From a virus, in the IMG/VR virus record IMGVR_UViG_3300042197_002243: a stretch of 64,000 nt of DNA. One strand, given 5' to 3'. Of this stretch, positions 28,014 through 36,454 are shown piece by piece (position 1 is the stretch's first letter; every line of letters starts with the position of its first letter). Below the pieces are notes generated by a model that had not been told where the DNA came from, did not search any database, and saw only the letters and a list, made by a program, of their open reading frames with translations. A program made the position numbers and the translations under genes.

Positions 28014-29125
28014 AATTCAATCCAGAATACTTCTTCATTAGGAATGCCAAAGATAATTCTATCATCACATTGAGATTTTACATGGTCTTCAACAACATAA
28101 ACTTTATACCCATGGTTTAAAAGATTTAAACACAGACGATATTGTTGACTTTCTGTAATGATATCCGTACCTTCTTTATATGAAACATAATGAAAAGCGA
28201 ATGGAAGATTGTTCACATTCTTCTTCATGAAATAATTTGTCAGGAAGATTGCATGTTCATCATTAAAGTTATCTGTAGTATAACCAAGATTATAAACAAG
28301 ACCCATCTTCTTAGCGAAAGCTGCGAACGATCGATTGTCTCTTGGCAGACATGGACCGCCATATCCATAACCATACCTTAGAAACTTTCTTCCTACTCGA
28401 CTATCATCACCAATAGCACCAAGAACAGTTTCAATCTCGTCTTCCAACCCCGCAAGAGTCATAACTTCGCCGAGCATATTTGCATAACTGATCTTGGTTG
28501 TAAGGAAACAATTCGTTGCAAGTTTTACAATCTCCGCTGCTTTTGGAGACATAAAATTAATCTTTGGTTCTGTTACCTGAATGCGATGGTACATCTCAGA
28601 TAATATATCAAAGACATCATTATCATATCCACCAATCAGAACCATGTCAGCTCTTTGAAGATCTCTAACGATTGTACCTTGTGCGATAAACTCTGGATTG
28701 TAAAAAACATTTACACCAGCTTCTTCCAATGCATCTTGGAATAAATCACAATCTCCAGGATTTGTAGTGCAACCAACGATCAAAGTTTTCCCTCGAACAG
28801 AAAATTCTGCATTCTTAAAATCTTCAACAACTTGCCATACAGAACTCACATCATAATCCCCACTAGGAAGAGATGGAGTTGCAACAAGTGTAAAAATAAA
28901 ATCACAATTTTTAATGACTTCAAGATTGTCAGTTACTGCTGTAAAGTTTTTAGCATTATCAAGCAGTTCTGCAACTTCAGGCTCACTAGTCGTGATGACT
29001 CTATTGTTCAATCCAATGACGTAATCGTGACGACAATCGGAAACAACAACTTCATAACCTGCTTTCTCTAAAAGCAGAGCAAGGCAGATGCCGAGTCTGC
29101 CTGCTCCAATCAGACCAATTTTCAT
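28010..29125 (-). CDS. ugd: UDP-glucose/GDP-mannose dehydrogenase family
   Basis: IGAGRLG, YNPEFIAQG, AEIVKL..N and GYGGPCLPRD motifs. Confidence 0.9.
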   Translation of the reverse strand: MKIGLIGAGRLGICLALLLEKAGYEVVVSDCRHDYVIGLNNRVITTSEPEVAELLDNAKNFTAVTDNLEVIKNCDFIFTLVATPSLPSGDYDVSSVWQVVEDFKNAEFSVRGKTLIVGCTTNPGDCDLFQDALEEAGVNVFYNPEFIAQGTIVRDLQRADMVLIGGYDNDVFDILSEMYHRIQVTEPKINFMSPKAAEIVKLATNCFLTTKISYANMLGEVMTLAGLEDEIETVLGAIGDDSRVGRKFLRYGYGYGGPCLPRDNRSFAAFAKKMGLVYNLGYTTDNFNDEHAIFLTNYFMKKNVNNLPFAFHYVSYKEGTDIITESQQYRLCLNLLNHGYKVYVVEDHVKSQCDDRIIFGIPNEEVFWIEL

Positions 29126-29862
29126 AGTTTAAATGTTGGGATAGGTTCCATTTTATGTTTGTTTTGGGAGTTGAATTTCTGAAGAACTTCAACACCAGGA
29201 CCAGTTCCGTACTCCATTGCCTCTTCCAGTTGAACATAAGAAGCTCCAAGTTGATCTTCATCTGTTCTACCATCATCCCACAGACCATCTGTGGGCGCAG
29301 CATTAATAATACGTTCGTCTACGCCAAAGTGCTTACCAAGTTCCCATACTTCAGTCTTATACAGATCTGCGATAGGAGCAATGTCAACTCCCCCGTCACC
29401 ATATTTAGTATAGAATCCTACACCATAATCTTCAACCTTGTTGCCAGTACCAACTACAATACCACCAACAGTTGTGGCAACCTGATACAGAGTCACCATA
29501 CGAAGACGTGAACGACTGTTTGCAAGAGCATGTTTGTCGGCACCAAACTCACGCATAGTGAATTGAAATGTATCAAAAACTCTTGTTAAATCAAACTTTT
29601 GAACAACAACATTTTCAAAATTTGATTGCAACCATTCAAGATGTGCATCAGAAAGGTTTTCTTGACCTTCAATTTGATGAATTGGCATTCCTAATGCATA
29701 AACTGGAAGACCAGTTTTAGCTGCAAGAGTGGATGATACTGCAGAATCAATACCACCAGAAACACCAATTACAAATGCTTTAATATTAAATTGTTGTGTA
29801 TAATCTTTCAACCAAGAAACGATACGAGTTTCAAGTTCAGAATAATTTTTGATGCGGTTCAT
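29122..29862 (-). CDS. nadE: NH3-dependent NAD+ synthetase
   Basis: GVSGGIDS, N..SRLRM, GTGNKVE, FYTKYGDG, DLYKTEV and PTDGLW motifs. Confidence 0.93.
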   Translation of the reverse strand: MNRIKNYSELETRIVSWLKDYTQQFNIKAFVIGVSGGIDSAVSSTLAAKTGLPVYALGMPIHQIEGQENLSDAHLEWLQSNFENVVVQKFDLTRVFDTFQFTMREFGADKHALANSRSRLRMVTLYQVATTVGGIVVGTGNKVEDYGVGFYTKYGDGGVDIAPIADLYKTEVWELGKHFGVDERIINAAPTDGLWDDGRTDEDQLGASYVQLEEAMEYGTGPGVEVLQKFNSQNKHKMEPIPTFKL

Positions 29863-30911
29863 TGTTTTTTCTCAATTTGTGTTTGAATCCATGCATATGT
29901 TTTAGCAATACCCTCTTCGAGAGTCATGGAGTAATCCCATCCTAACTTAGAACGGATAAGATCGTTGTTACTATTGCGACCACGAACGCCCAATGGTGCA
30001 TTTAAAATATGTTCTTTATCAACATATTTGTTTGCTACCTTGGCAGCAGTATCAACAAGTTGATTAATAGTAACCATTTCTTCAGATCCAATATTCACTG
30101 GACCCATGAAATCACTATTCATCATTCTACGAGTCGCTTCAATACATTCATCAATGTACAAGAAGGAGCGAGTTTGTAACCCATCACCCCACACCTCGAT
30201 TGTTCCACCTGCCTCTGGAAGATATGCTACTTTGCGGCAGATTGCTGCAGGAGCTTTTTCACGTCCACCCTCCCAAGTTCCTTCGGGACCAAAGATATTA
30301 TGGTAGCGAGCGACCCGTACAGGGATGCCATGGTTGCGGTTATAAGCAAAATAAAGACGTTCGCTAAAAAGTTTTTCCCAACCGTACTCCGAATCTGGAG
30401 CTGCTGGATATGCAGATTCTTCGCGGCAATCGGGATTATCAGGATCAAGTTGATTATATTCTGGATACATGCAAGCAGAACCAGAATAGAAAATCTTAGT
30501 TACATTCTTACCATGTCGCTCGTTCATCTGACGTTGCATTTCAAGAACGTTCAGGTTAATAGAACATGAATTGTGCATAATTTCTGCATCGTTTTCGCCA
30601 GTGAAAACAAATCCTGCTCCACCCATATCAGCAGCAAACTGATAGATCTCATCAAATACTTGAATATAACGATAGGGAACAGATTGATAGAAATTACCGT
30701 GATCCCCCTTCCATTCAAGAACACGACGAACAAAATCTACATTTCGTAAATCACCAACGACAAATTCGTTTGCTTCTGTTTTTGAATATTCGGGATACTT
30801 AAGATCTACGCCGCGAACCCAGTAACCTTCGGCTCGCAGTCTCTTTACCATATGACTTCCAATGAAGCCTCCAGCACCAAGTACAAGTGCCTTCTTAACG
30901 TATTGACTCAT
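29859..30911 (-). CDS. GDP-mannose 3,5-epimerase-like SDR
   Basis: GAGGFIG, AADMGGAGF, SACMYP, YGWEK, GGREKAPAA.CRK and GVRGRNS match the GME signature. Confidence 0.88.
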   Translation of the reverse strand: MSQYVKKALVLGAGGFIGSHMVKRLRAEGYWVRGVDLKYPEYSKTEANEFVVGDLRNVDFVRRVLEWKGDHGNFYQSVPYRYIQVFDEIYQFAADMGGAGFVFTGENDAEIMHNSCSINLNVLEMQRQMNERHGKNVTKIFYSGSACMYPEYNQLDPDNPDCREESAYPAAPDSEYGWEKLFSERLYFAYNRNHGIPVRVARYHNIFGPEGTWEGGREKAPAAICRKVAYLPEAGGTIEVWGDGLQTRSFLYIDECIEATRRMMNSDFMGPVNIGSEEMVTINQLVDTAAKVANKYVDKEHILNAPLGVRGRNSNNDLIRSKLGWDYSMTLEEGIAKTYAWIQTQIEKKQ

Positions 30912-30937
30912 AAAATTATTAATTGTTCACTCTATAT

Positions 30938-30972
30938 ATCATACAGAAAAAGGAGGTTGTTGTCAACCTCCT
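30938..30972 (-). promoter_or_regulatory. Terminator hairpin overlapping the sigma70 promoter of the glycan island
   Basis: GGAGGTTG-ACAA-CAACCTCC followed by T run; TTGACA-17bp-TATGAT. Confidence 0.7.
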
Positions 30973-30980
30973 CGTAACTC

Positions 30981-31068
30981 AGGCTCGCCACCAATTCTTT
31001 GACTGGAAATTGGAAACCAGGCGGGGTTTCCCCATCCGCACCACTTGTTTTTTAAAGAAACAAGAAAC
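30981..31068 (-). ncRNA. wcaG/manA-type cyanophage structured RNA (two UGGYG hairpin units)
   Basis: Two GTTTC-stem-TGGYG units upstream of an NDP-sugar epimerase; exact Rfam family not verified. Confidence 0.65.
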
Positions 31069-31779
31069 TTATTTTTTCCTAAAAAACCTAAATGGGCATT
31101 TGGAGGTTTTATTAGAATCAAATATAATATCCTGATATTTAAATCCCAAACTGTGTCGTTTTGAATTTACAAAAAATATTCTTTTATACATATCCGAAAG
31201 TTGTCGTGGATTAATTTCATTATAAATTAAATTAAAATTATCATTATGATTTTTACTATGAAATTTTATATAATATAAAGGATCTCCTCTATTAATGATC
31301 ATAGGTTTATCTCTATCCACAACAACTGCCCCAATATTAATTAATCTGGGCCAATTGCTCAAATTAAACCACCCACCACAATGATAAAAATTATTTTTTA
31401 AAGATGTTAATGGGTGAGGAAGAATTGATATCCAAATGTTTTTATCTTTAGTCCAAAAAAAATTGCTATACAAATTTGCAATCTGAATTATTGAATGTTT
31501 ACCGTTATTCCAATTTTTTGCAAGAATAATATATTCATCAAATTCTTTTTGATTTAAATTATTTGAATGAACATAATCAGAATTTGTATCTATTTGTAGA
31601 TGTAAATTTGATGATGCATAGACAGTAAAAATTTTAGAACTTTGATGAGCCCATACTGGACAAGATGAAAGAATAGAATCTTCTGAATAACTTGTATCAA
31701 TTTTTATTGGTACATGCAAATTCTCCACAGAAGATGGAGATTTTGGATCAGGATGATAAAAAATTTTTTTACTTTTCAT
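31069..31779 (-). CDS. Hypothetical protein (AT-rich accessory gene)
   Basis: CP.W, GWFNLSNWPR, I.RGDPLYY and C-terminal KCPF. Confidence 0.65.
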   Translation of the reverse strand: MKSKKIFYHPDPKSPSSVENLHVPIKIDTSYSEDSILSSCPVWAHQSSKIFTVYASSNLHLQIDTNSDYVHSNNLNQKEFDEYIILAKNWNNGKHSIIQIANLYSNFFWTKDKNIWISILPHPLTSLKNNFYHCGGWFNLSNWPRLINIGAVVVDRDKPMIINRGDPLYYIKFHSKNHNDNFNLIYNEINPRQLSDMYKRIFFVNSKRHSLGFKYQDIIFDSNKTSKCPFRFFRKK

Positions 31780-31803
31780 TTTAGGTCAAATTGACTCCAC
31801 CAC

Positions 31804-32037
31804 TTAGTTTTTCGAAACTAAGAAAAGTTGGGTTAACTTTGATATTTCGGAGATACCAAAGAATGCACACAAAAATAATACATCCCAAAGTTTAAGTTTA
31901 ATGGCAAAGGGCACTGTGAGAAGACCTCCAATACATTTTAACATTAAACCATATTTGAATTCTCCCCATAGCATGATTTGATATCCCACTATAAGGAAAA
32001 GGTTTCCAAGATATCTTAAGATACTTGCTTTAGACAT
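31804..32037 (-). CDS. Small multi-TM membrane protein
   Basis: Hydrophobic; similar to 60038-60295. Confidence 0.7.
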   Translation of the reverse strand: MSKASILRYLGNLFLIVGYQIMLWGEFKYGLMLKCIGGLLTVPFAIKLKLWDVLFLCAFFGISEISKLTQLFLVSKN

Positions 32038-32063
32038 AAGGGGTTTGCTCCCGACCAGTGCTG

Positions 32064-32306
32064 TTATAGACCATCCGTGTCTTCTTCATCTTTTATATAG
32101 CAAGGTACACCTTCAGGATCAAGCCATTTGGTGTATTCAAAATCTTCCATAGCAGTTGTCAATTGCATTCCGTTATCACATAAGTACATATCAGAATAAC
32201 GCTTAGTCCAACTATCTGCTTTTTGAATGCGATAGTCGGGGAACCCGTTGTCTAAGATTCCCGATTCTATGTAACGATAAGGAAATCGTTCAAGAATAAT
32301 CTTCAT
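32064..32306 (-). CDS. Conserved cyanophage hypothetical protein
   Basis: ERFPYRY, NG.PDYRIQK and EDFEYTKWLDP motifs. Confidence 0.75.
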   Translation of the reverse strand: MKIILERFPYRYIESGILDNGFPDYRIQKADSWTKRYSDMYLCDNGMQLTTAMEDFEYTKWLDPEGVPCYIKDEEDTDGL

Positions 32307-32518
32307 GCAACCTCAACAGATTCAAGATCATTATAAACATATTCCATGAGCATCTCATAGTCATCCAAAGGATCACCAGAAAATACTACACCTTCGCTTT
32401 CATAGTAACGACGAATCTTTTTATAAAGTTTCGGATTCTTTACATCAAGATAGTAATCGCCGTTAGCAGCGCCGCGAAGAGTCTGAATGTCTTTCTTGAA
32501 TTTGGAAACGATAGTCAT
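32303..32518 (-). CDS. Conserved cyanophage hypothetical protein
   Basis: LDVKNPKLYKK.RRYY..EGV.F.GD..DDY motif. Confidence 0.75.
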   Translation of the reverse strand: MTIVSKFKKDIQTLRGAANGDYYLDVKNPKLYKKIRRYYESEGVVFSGDPLDDYEMLMEYVYNDLESVEVA

Positions 32519-32566
32519 TGTTTTGAATGTTGACCTTGATATTATACTGGTTTGATGAAGGTTCTG

Positions 32567-34066
32567 TCAAGTCTTTTCGTAAATCTGATCACCAACTACC
32601 AGCACATCCAAATCAGTTGCAGAAAAAAGTTCCAAAGCATCATTTATTCTTCCACAAATTGGTTTTCCACCATTGTTTAATGAGGTATTTAAAAGCATTG
32701 GAACTCCAGTAATAGTTTTAAATTTTTCAATTAAACTATAATAAGAAGATAAGTTTGAAGAAACGGTTTGTGTTCTACAAGTTCCATCTATATGAGTGAT
32801 TGCTGGAAAACTTTGCTTGTTCAATATATTCATCACATAGAGCATATATGGAGAATGCCCATTCCAATCAAAATAATTTTGCGTTTCTTCTTCTAAAATT
32901 GATGCACCAAAAGGTCTAAACCATTCACGATGCTTAACTCTCTGGTTAAGAATATCTTTTCCATTTTTAATTAAAGGATTCATTAAAATGCTACGATTTC
33001 CAAGAGCTCGAGATCCAACTTCGCCGTTTCCTTGATACCACCCAACAATCTTACCATTTGCTAAATGTTCTGCAGTTTTAGAAATAGTTTTTTCGGAAAC
33101 AATGGAATCTGGTGCTTCATCAAATTGCCAAAAAGGATATCCAGAATTATCAAATTTTTCTTGTTGAAAATATTTTCTAAGAAATTCAATAACTCCTAAA
33201 GATAATCCTTCATCATTGCAGTGTGGGGGAATATGAAGATTTGGAATATGTTTTTTAATTTTACTATTAATAATAGTATTTTGAGCAACTCCTCCGGAGT
33301 AACAGACTATATCATTTTGATTGGAATATTTTTTAAAATGTTCAACATAAATGTCTTCAGTTATCTCGTGACATATTTGAATATGATTATATTGACCCTG
33401 TTTTTCTAATTCTGGGATACATTGAGTATTCCACAATATATCTAAAAAATTTAGATTAAATCTCGAAAGTCTTGTTTTTTCCCGCTCAAGTTCTTCTGAG
33501 GAAATATTTCCATATCCCTTTAATGCCATAACTTTTCCAGCATGATCATACGAAGATCCCCCAATATTCAAACACAATGCAACCCTCGAAAGAATTATTC
33601 CAAAACTGGGGGAGAATGTTCTATCATATTTAAGTGTTCGTTCTTCTGATTTAAAAATACTGTGGGTAATAAAATCATCTCCAAATCCATCAAATACAAA
33701 TCCTATCGTGGGATCAATATCCAATGGCCATGAACTTAAAAAATGTGCATAGTGATGATCTACTCTAAAAACTGGACAATTGAATCCCATGTTTTTAAAT
33801 AAGGGAATATCAATTGTCTCATATAGTTTACTTTCATCACATTTCAAATGGGGATGCCTAAAACAATCGAGAACAATTCCTATCGCATCTATCTCAGAAG
33901 GATTGATATTCCAACTATCAATTATTCTTTTCCACTGATTAAGATCTTGAAATCCGTGATGTTTAATTTGATAATCTCTTTCCGATTTGTAATATTTTAC
34001 ATATTTTCCATTAGAATAAGAAATATTTGAATCGTGTTCACACAATCTCAGTCCAATAAATTTCAT
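32567..34066 (-). CDS. Carbamoyltransferase (NodU/CmcH family)
   Basis: HDS, HH.AH, DGFGD, GKVMAL, SGGVAQN, GSRALGNRSIL, KHREWFRPF and LNTSLN motifs. Confidence 0.92.
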   Translation of the reverse strand: MKFIGLRLCEHDSNISYSNGKYVKYYKSERDYQIKHHGFQDLNQWKRIIDSWNINPSEIDAIGIVLDCFRHPHLKCDESKLYETIDIPLFKNMGFNCPVFRVDHHYAHFLSSWPLDIDPTIGFVFDGFGDDFITHSIFKSEERTLKYDRTFSPSFGIILSRVALCLNIGGSSYDHAGKVMALKGYGNISSEELEREKTRLSRFNLNFLDILWNTQCIPELEKQGQYNHIQICHEITEDIYVEHFKKYSNQNDIVCYSGGVAQNTIINSKIKKHIPNLHIPPHCNDEGLSLGVIEFLRKYFQQEKFDNSGYPFWQFDEAPDSIVSEKTISKTAEHLANGKIVGWYQGNGEVGSRALGNRSILMNPLIKNGKDILNQRVKHREWFRPFGASILEEETQNYFDWNGHSPYMLYVMNILNKQSFPAITHIDGTCRTQTVSSNLSSYYSLIEKFKTITGVPMLLNTSLNNGGKPICGRINDALELFSATDLDVLVVGDQIYEKT

Positions 34067-34097
34067 AAGTGTTTAAATTCTAAACGTATTTATTACA

Positions 34098-34170
34098 TGC
34101 TCCTTGAGGGGATTGAACCCACCTTAGCCGAATTATGAGTTCGGTGCATTCACCAGATTGCTAAAGGAGC
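34098..34170 (-). tRNA. tRNA with CAU anticodon (Met or Ile2)
   Basis: Cloverleaf; anticodon arm CCGAA-CTCATAA-TTCGG. Confidence 0.9.
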
Positions 34171-34174
34171 ATTT

Positions 34175-34255
34175 TGGGCGAGGGTGTCTGACCACGATAA
34201 TCTACGATTCAGCAGAGGGGACCCTTCGTTTAATACAACGTTCCTTGTTGCACCC
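34175..34255 (-). ncRNA. Unidentified ~80-nt structured RNA between two tRNAs
   Basis: GC-rich; terminal GGGTG/CGCCC stem plus internal hairpins; no canonical cloverleaf. Confidence 0.5.
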
Positions 34256-34257
34256 AA

Positions 34258-34329
34258 TAGGAACACTGGGAGTTGAACCCAGACTAACCCGTTATAAGCA
34301 GGCCGCTCTAACCATTAAGCTATGCTCCC
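34258..34329 (-). tRNA. tRNA-Ile(UAU)
   Basis: Cloverleaf; anticodon loop CTTATAA. Confidence 0.9.
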
Positions 34330-34330
34330 A

Positions 34331-34552
34331 CTACGATCCCTCTTCGTGATCGGTGTGGATGCGTATGATTTCTGAATCCACTTTAGATTCTTCAAATATT
34401 TCTATGACTTCCTTATAAGGAACCATAACCGCGTTTCCATGCTCGCTTGTTATGATAAACGATTCTCCATTTTCTACTCTAGACATTAGATTATCAAAAT
34501 CTGCTTGAAAATCTTCTACTGTGTACGTTTGAAGTTCGTGATTCATTTTCAT
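34331..34552 (-). CDS. Phd/YefM antitoxin-like protein
   Basis: TVEDFQADFDNLMSRVENGESFIITSEHGNAVMVPY fits the Phd N-terminal pattern. Confidence 0.6.
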   Translation of the reverse strand: MKMNHELQTYTVEDFQADFDNLMSRVENGESFIITSEHGNAVMVPYKEVIEIFEESKVDSEIIRIHTDHEEGS

Positions 34553-34565
34553 AAGTAAATTAATA

Positions 34566-34637
34566 TCGGGGCGACAGGGATCGAACCTGTGACCTCTGGT
34601 TCCCAAAACCAGCATTCTACCGCTGAACTACGCCCCG
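34566..34637 (-). tRNA. tRNA-Pro(UGG)
   Basis: Cloverleaf; anticodon loop TTTGGGA. Confidence 0.95.
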
Positions 34638-34661
34638 TTGTCTTTTCTTGAATGTACGACC

Positions 34662-34690
34662 ATTATACCCAAGATAGGGACCATTGTCAA
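34662..34690 (-). promoter_or_regulatory. Consensus sigma70 promoter for the tRNA-Pro/Ile/CAU cluster
   Basis: TTGACA-17bp-TATAAT. Confidence 0.85.
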
Positions 34691-34734
34691 CAGATAGCAA
34701 AGTGTTCCCAGGAATATATCATTATTTAACAAAG

Positions 34735-34938
34735 TTACGACAAGGTGATTTTGAGCCATGGCAGTAATGGTGGAATGACACCTATGAGTCTGAGGAGACC
34801 TTCAGCAAATAAAGCAAGAACGACCCAACCAACACACATAGAAATAATTGCGGCATTGCGGTTGTGCTGACGAATTGCATCATCGATCATCTCTTGTACT
34901 TCAGACCGACTTACAAGTTCATCTTGTTCTTGAATCAT
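34735..34938 (-). CDS. Small membrane protein
   Basis: EVQEMIDDAIR.HNRNA followed by a TM segment. Confidence 0.7.
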   Translation of the reverse strand: MIQEQDELVSRSEVQEMIDDAIRQHNRNAAIISMCVGWVVLALFAEGLLRLIGVIPPLLPWLKITLS

Positions 34939-35084
34939 TTTTCATCTCCAAGAAATTTTGCTAAGGGATCTCTTCTGGTTTTTATAATTTCAACTGCTCT
35001 TTTATAGAACATATTATCTGTATTACCAGAAGATTCAAAGGTTTCTTTGATCTTCACCCAATTATCATAGGTGTGTTGATCCAT
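34935..35084 (-). CDS. 49-aa hypothetical protein (MDQHTYDNWVKIKETFE...)
   Basis: ATGA coupling to the next ORF; own promoter (TTGACT...TATAGT) upstream; absent from the ORF track. Confidence 0.65.
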   Translation of the reverse strand: MDQHTYDNWVKIKETFESSGNTDNMFYKRAVEIIKTRRDPLAKFLGDEK

Positions 35085-35179
35085 GAGTTTGTAGTGATAA
35101 TACTACTATATACTAATCACTACAGTTCAAAAGTCAACCATTGTGTTCATTATGTAACACTGTTTAAGAAATTATTAAA

Positions 35180-36352
35180 TCACCAGAAATTTGTATAGGT
35201 ATCCTTAAACTCCATTTTTTGTCCCATCATACCAGCATGAACTTGAAGATAATCTTTATATCCAAAACATCCAATGTTGAAATATTCCCTTGAAGAGAAT
35301 TTTCTATCGTGCTGAAGAGCATCTTCATAATATTCTCGATTAGTAATATATGAAGTATTCATTAATTCTTGTGATCTTTTTACAACATCACTCCAAAATG
35401 AGGATTTGTATTTAGACCCATAACTGTAATGCCATGCAAGAGATAATTGATAGTTAAACATTTCTTTGTAATATAGTTGATTATATTTGACATAGTTTTC
35501 ATGCTTCCTGTCACCGATAAAAGAACAAATAAAATCCGCAAACATTGCGTAATAGTGTAATGATAAAGCTTGTAAAGGTTCTAAAAACATTAGTCGGTTT
35601 CCATTATAAGAACAAAAACGATTTTGAATCATTTTTTTACAATATTTTGGATCCCAAGATATGTGTTTTACATTTTCATATCCAATACTTTTTCTTGCAT
35701 CTTCAATACTTGTAAATTTTGAATTAAAAAGATATCCGTGTTTGATTAAGTTTCTATCTGGAAATGGAAGACCAAATTGCCAACCATCAATCGTCGCTAA
35801 ATGATGTGTGTATGGTTGACTACTGAAACATTCTTTAGAATAAACAAGTGCATTGTTCACCGTTTCAAAAATTGGTTTTCTATATTCATCTCCTCTATCC
35901 CATCCAGAACAACAAATTAAGTGATCATAAGAAATATCATTAATAATAATTTCTTCCAAATCTAAATTGACATCATATTTTTCAATTTTAAAAGCATGAT
36001 ATTTTACTCCACGTTTTTCTAAAATGTCATGAATAAATTTATTAAATGTGCCGCTTTCAAAATGAAAAGCTACAAAGTTACCATTAAAATAATGTCGGAA
36101 AGTATTTCCTATTCCCCATCCGTCAAATAATATACCATTTTTAAGTGAAACAATATTTTCATCTATTAAATCGCCTATTGAGATATTTAATGTTTCTTTA
36201 ATTATTCTTGCAATATGTGGAGTTGTAGATTCACCAACGTTTAAATGAGGTTTATTTGGATCAAAATATATTTCAACATCATAACCATTTTTAATACACA
36301 CAAGGGATGTAATAATTGCGGATGTCCCTTTACCTAAAATTGCTATTTTCAT
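35180..36352 (-). CDS. Tryptophan-halogenase-like flavin-dependent enzyme
   Basis: ILGKGTSA, VGEST.P, AFHF, GWQFGLP and GN...FLEPLQA motifs. Confidence 0.8.
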   Translation of the reverse strand: MKIAILGKGTSAIITSLVCIKNGYDVEIYFDPNKPHLNVGESTTPHIARIIKETLNISIGDLIDENIVSLKNGILFDGWGIGNTFRHYFNGNFVAFHFESGTFNKFIHDILEKRGVKYHAFKIEKYDVNLDLEEIIINDISYDHLICCSGWDRGDEYRKPIFETVNNALVYSKECFSSQPYTHHLATIDGWQFGLPFPDRNLIKHGYLFNSKFTSIEDARKSIGYENVKHISWDPKYCKKMIQNRFCSYNGNRLMFLEPLQALSLHYYAMFADFICSFIGDRKHENYVKYNQLYYKEMFNYQLSLAWHYSYGSKYKSSFWSDVVKRSQELMNTSYITNREYYEDALQHDRKFSSREYFNIGCFGYKDYLQVHAGMMGQKMEFKDTYTNFW

Positions 36353-36369
36353 TTGACACTACTTATAAA

Positions 36370-36454
36370 CGGAAGGGGTGGGATTCGAACCCACGGATGC
36401 TTGCACATCGCTAGTTTTCAAGACTAGAGCCTTCAACCACTCGACCACCCTTCC
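36370..36454 (-). tRNA. tRNA-Ser(UGA)
   Basis: Cloverleaf with long variable arm; anticodon loop CTTGAAA. Confidence 0.95.
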
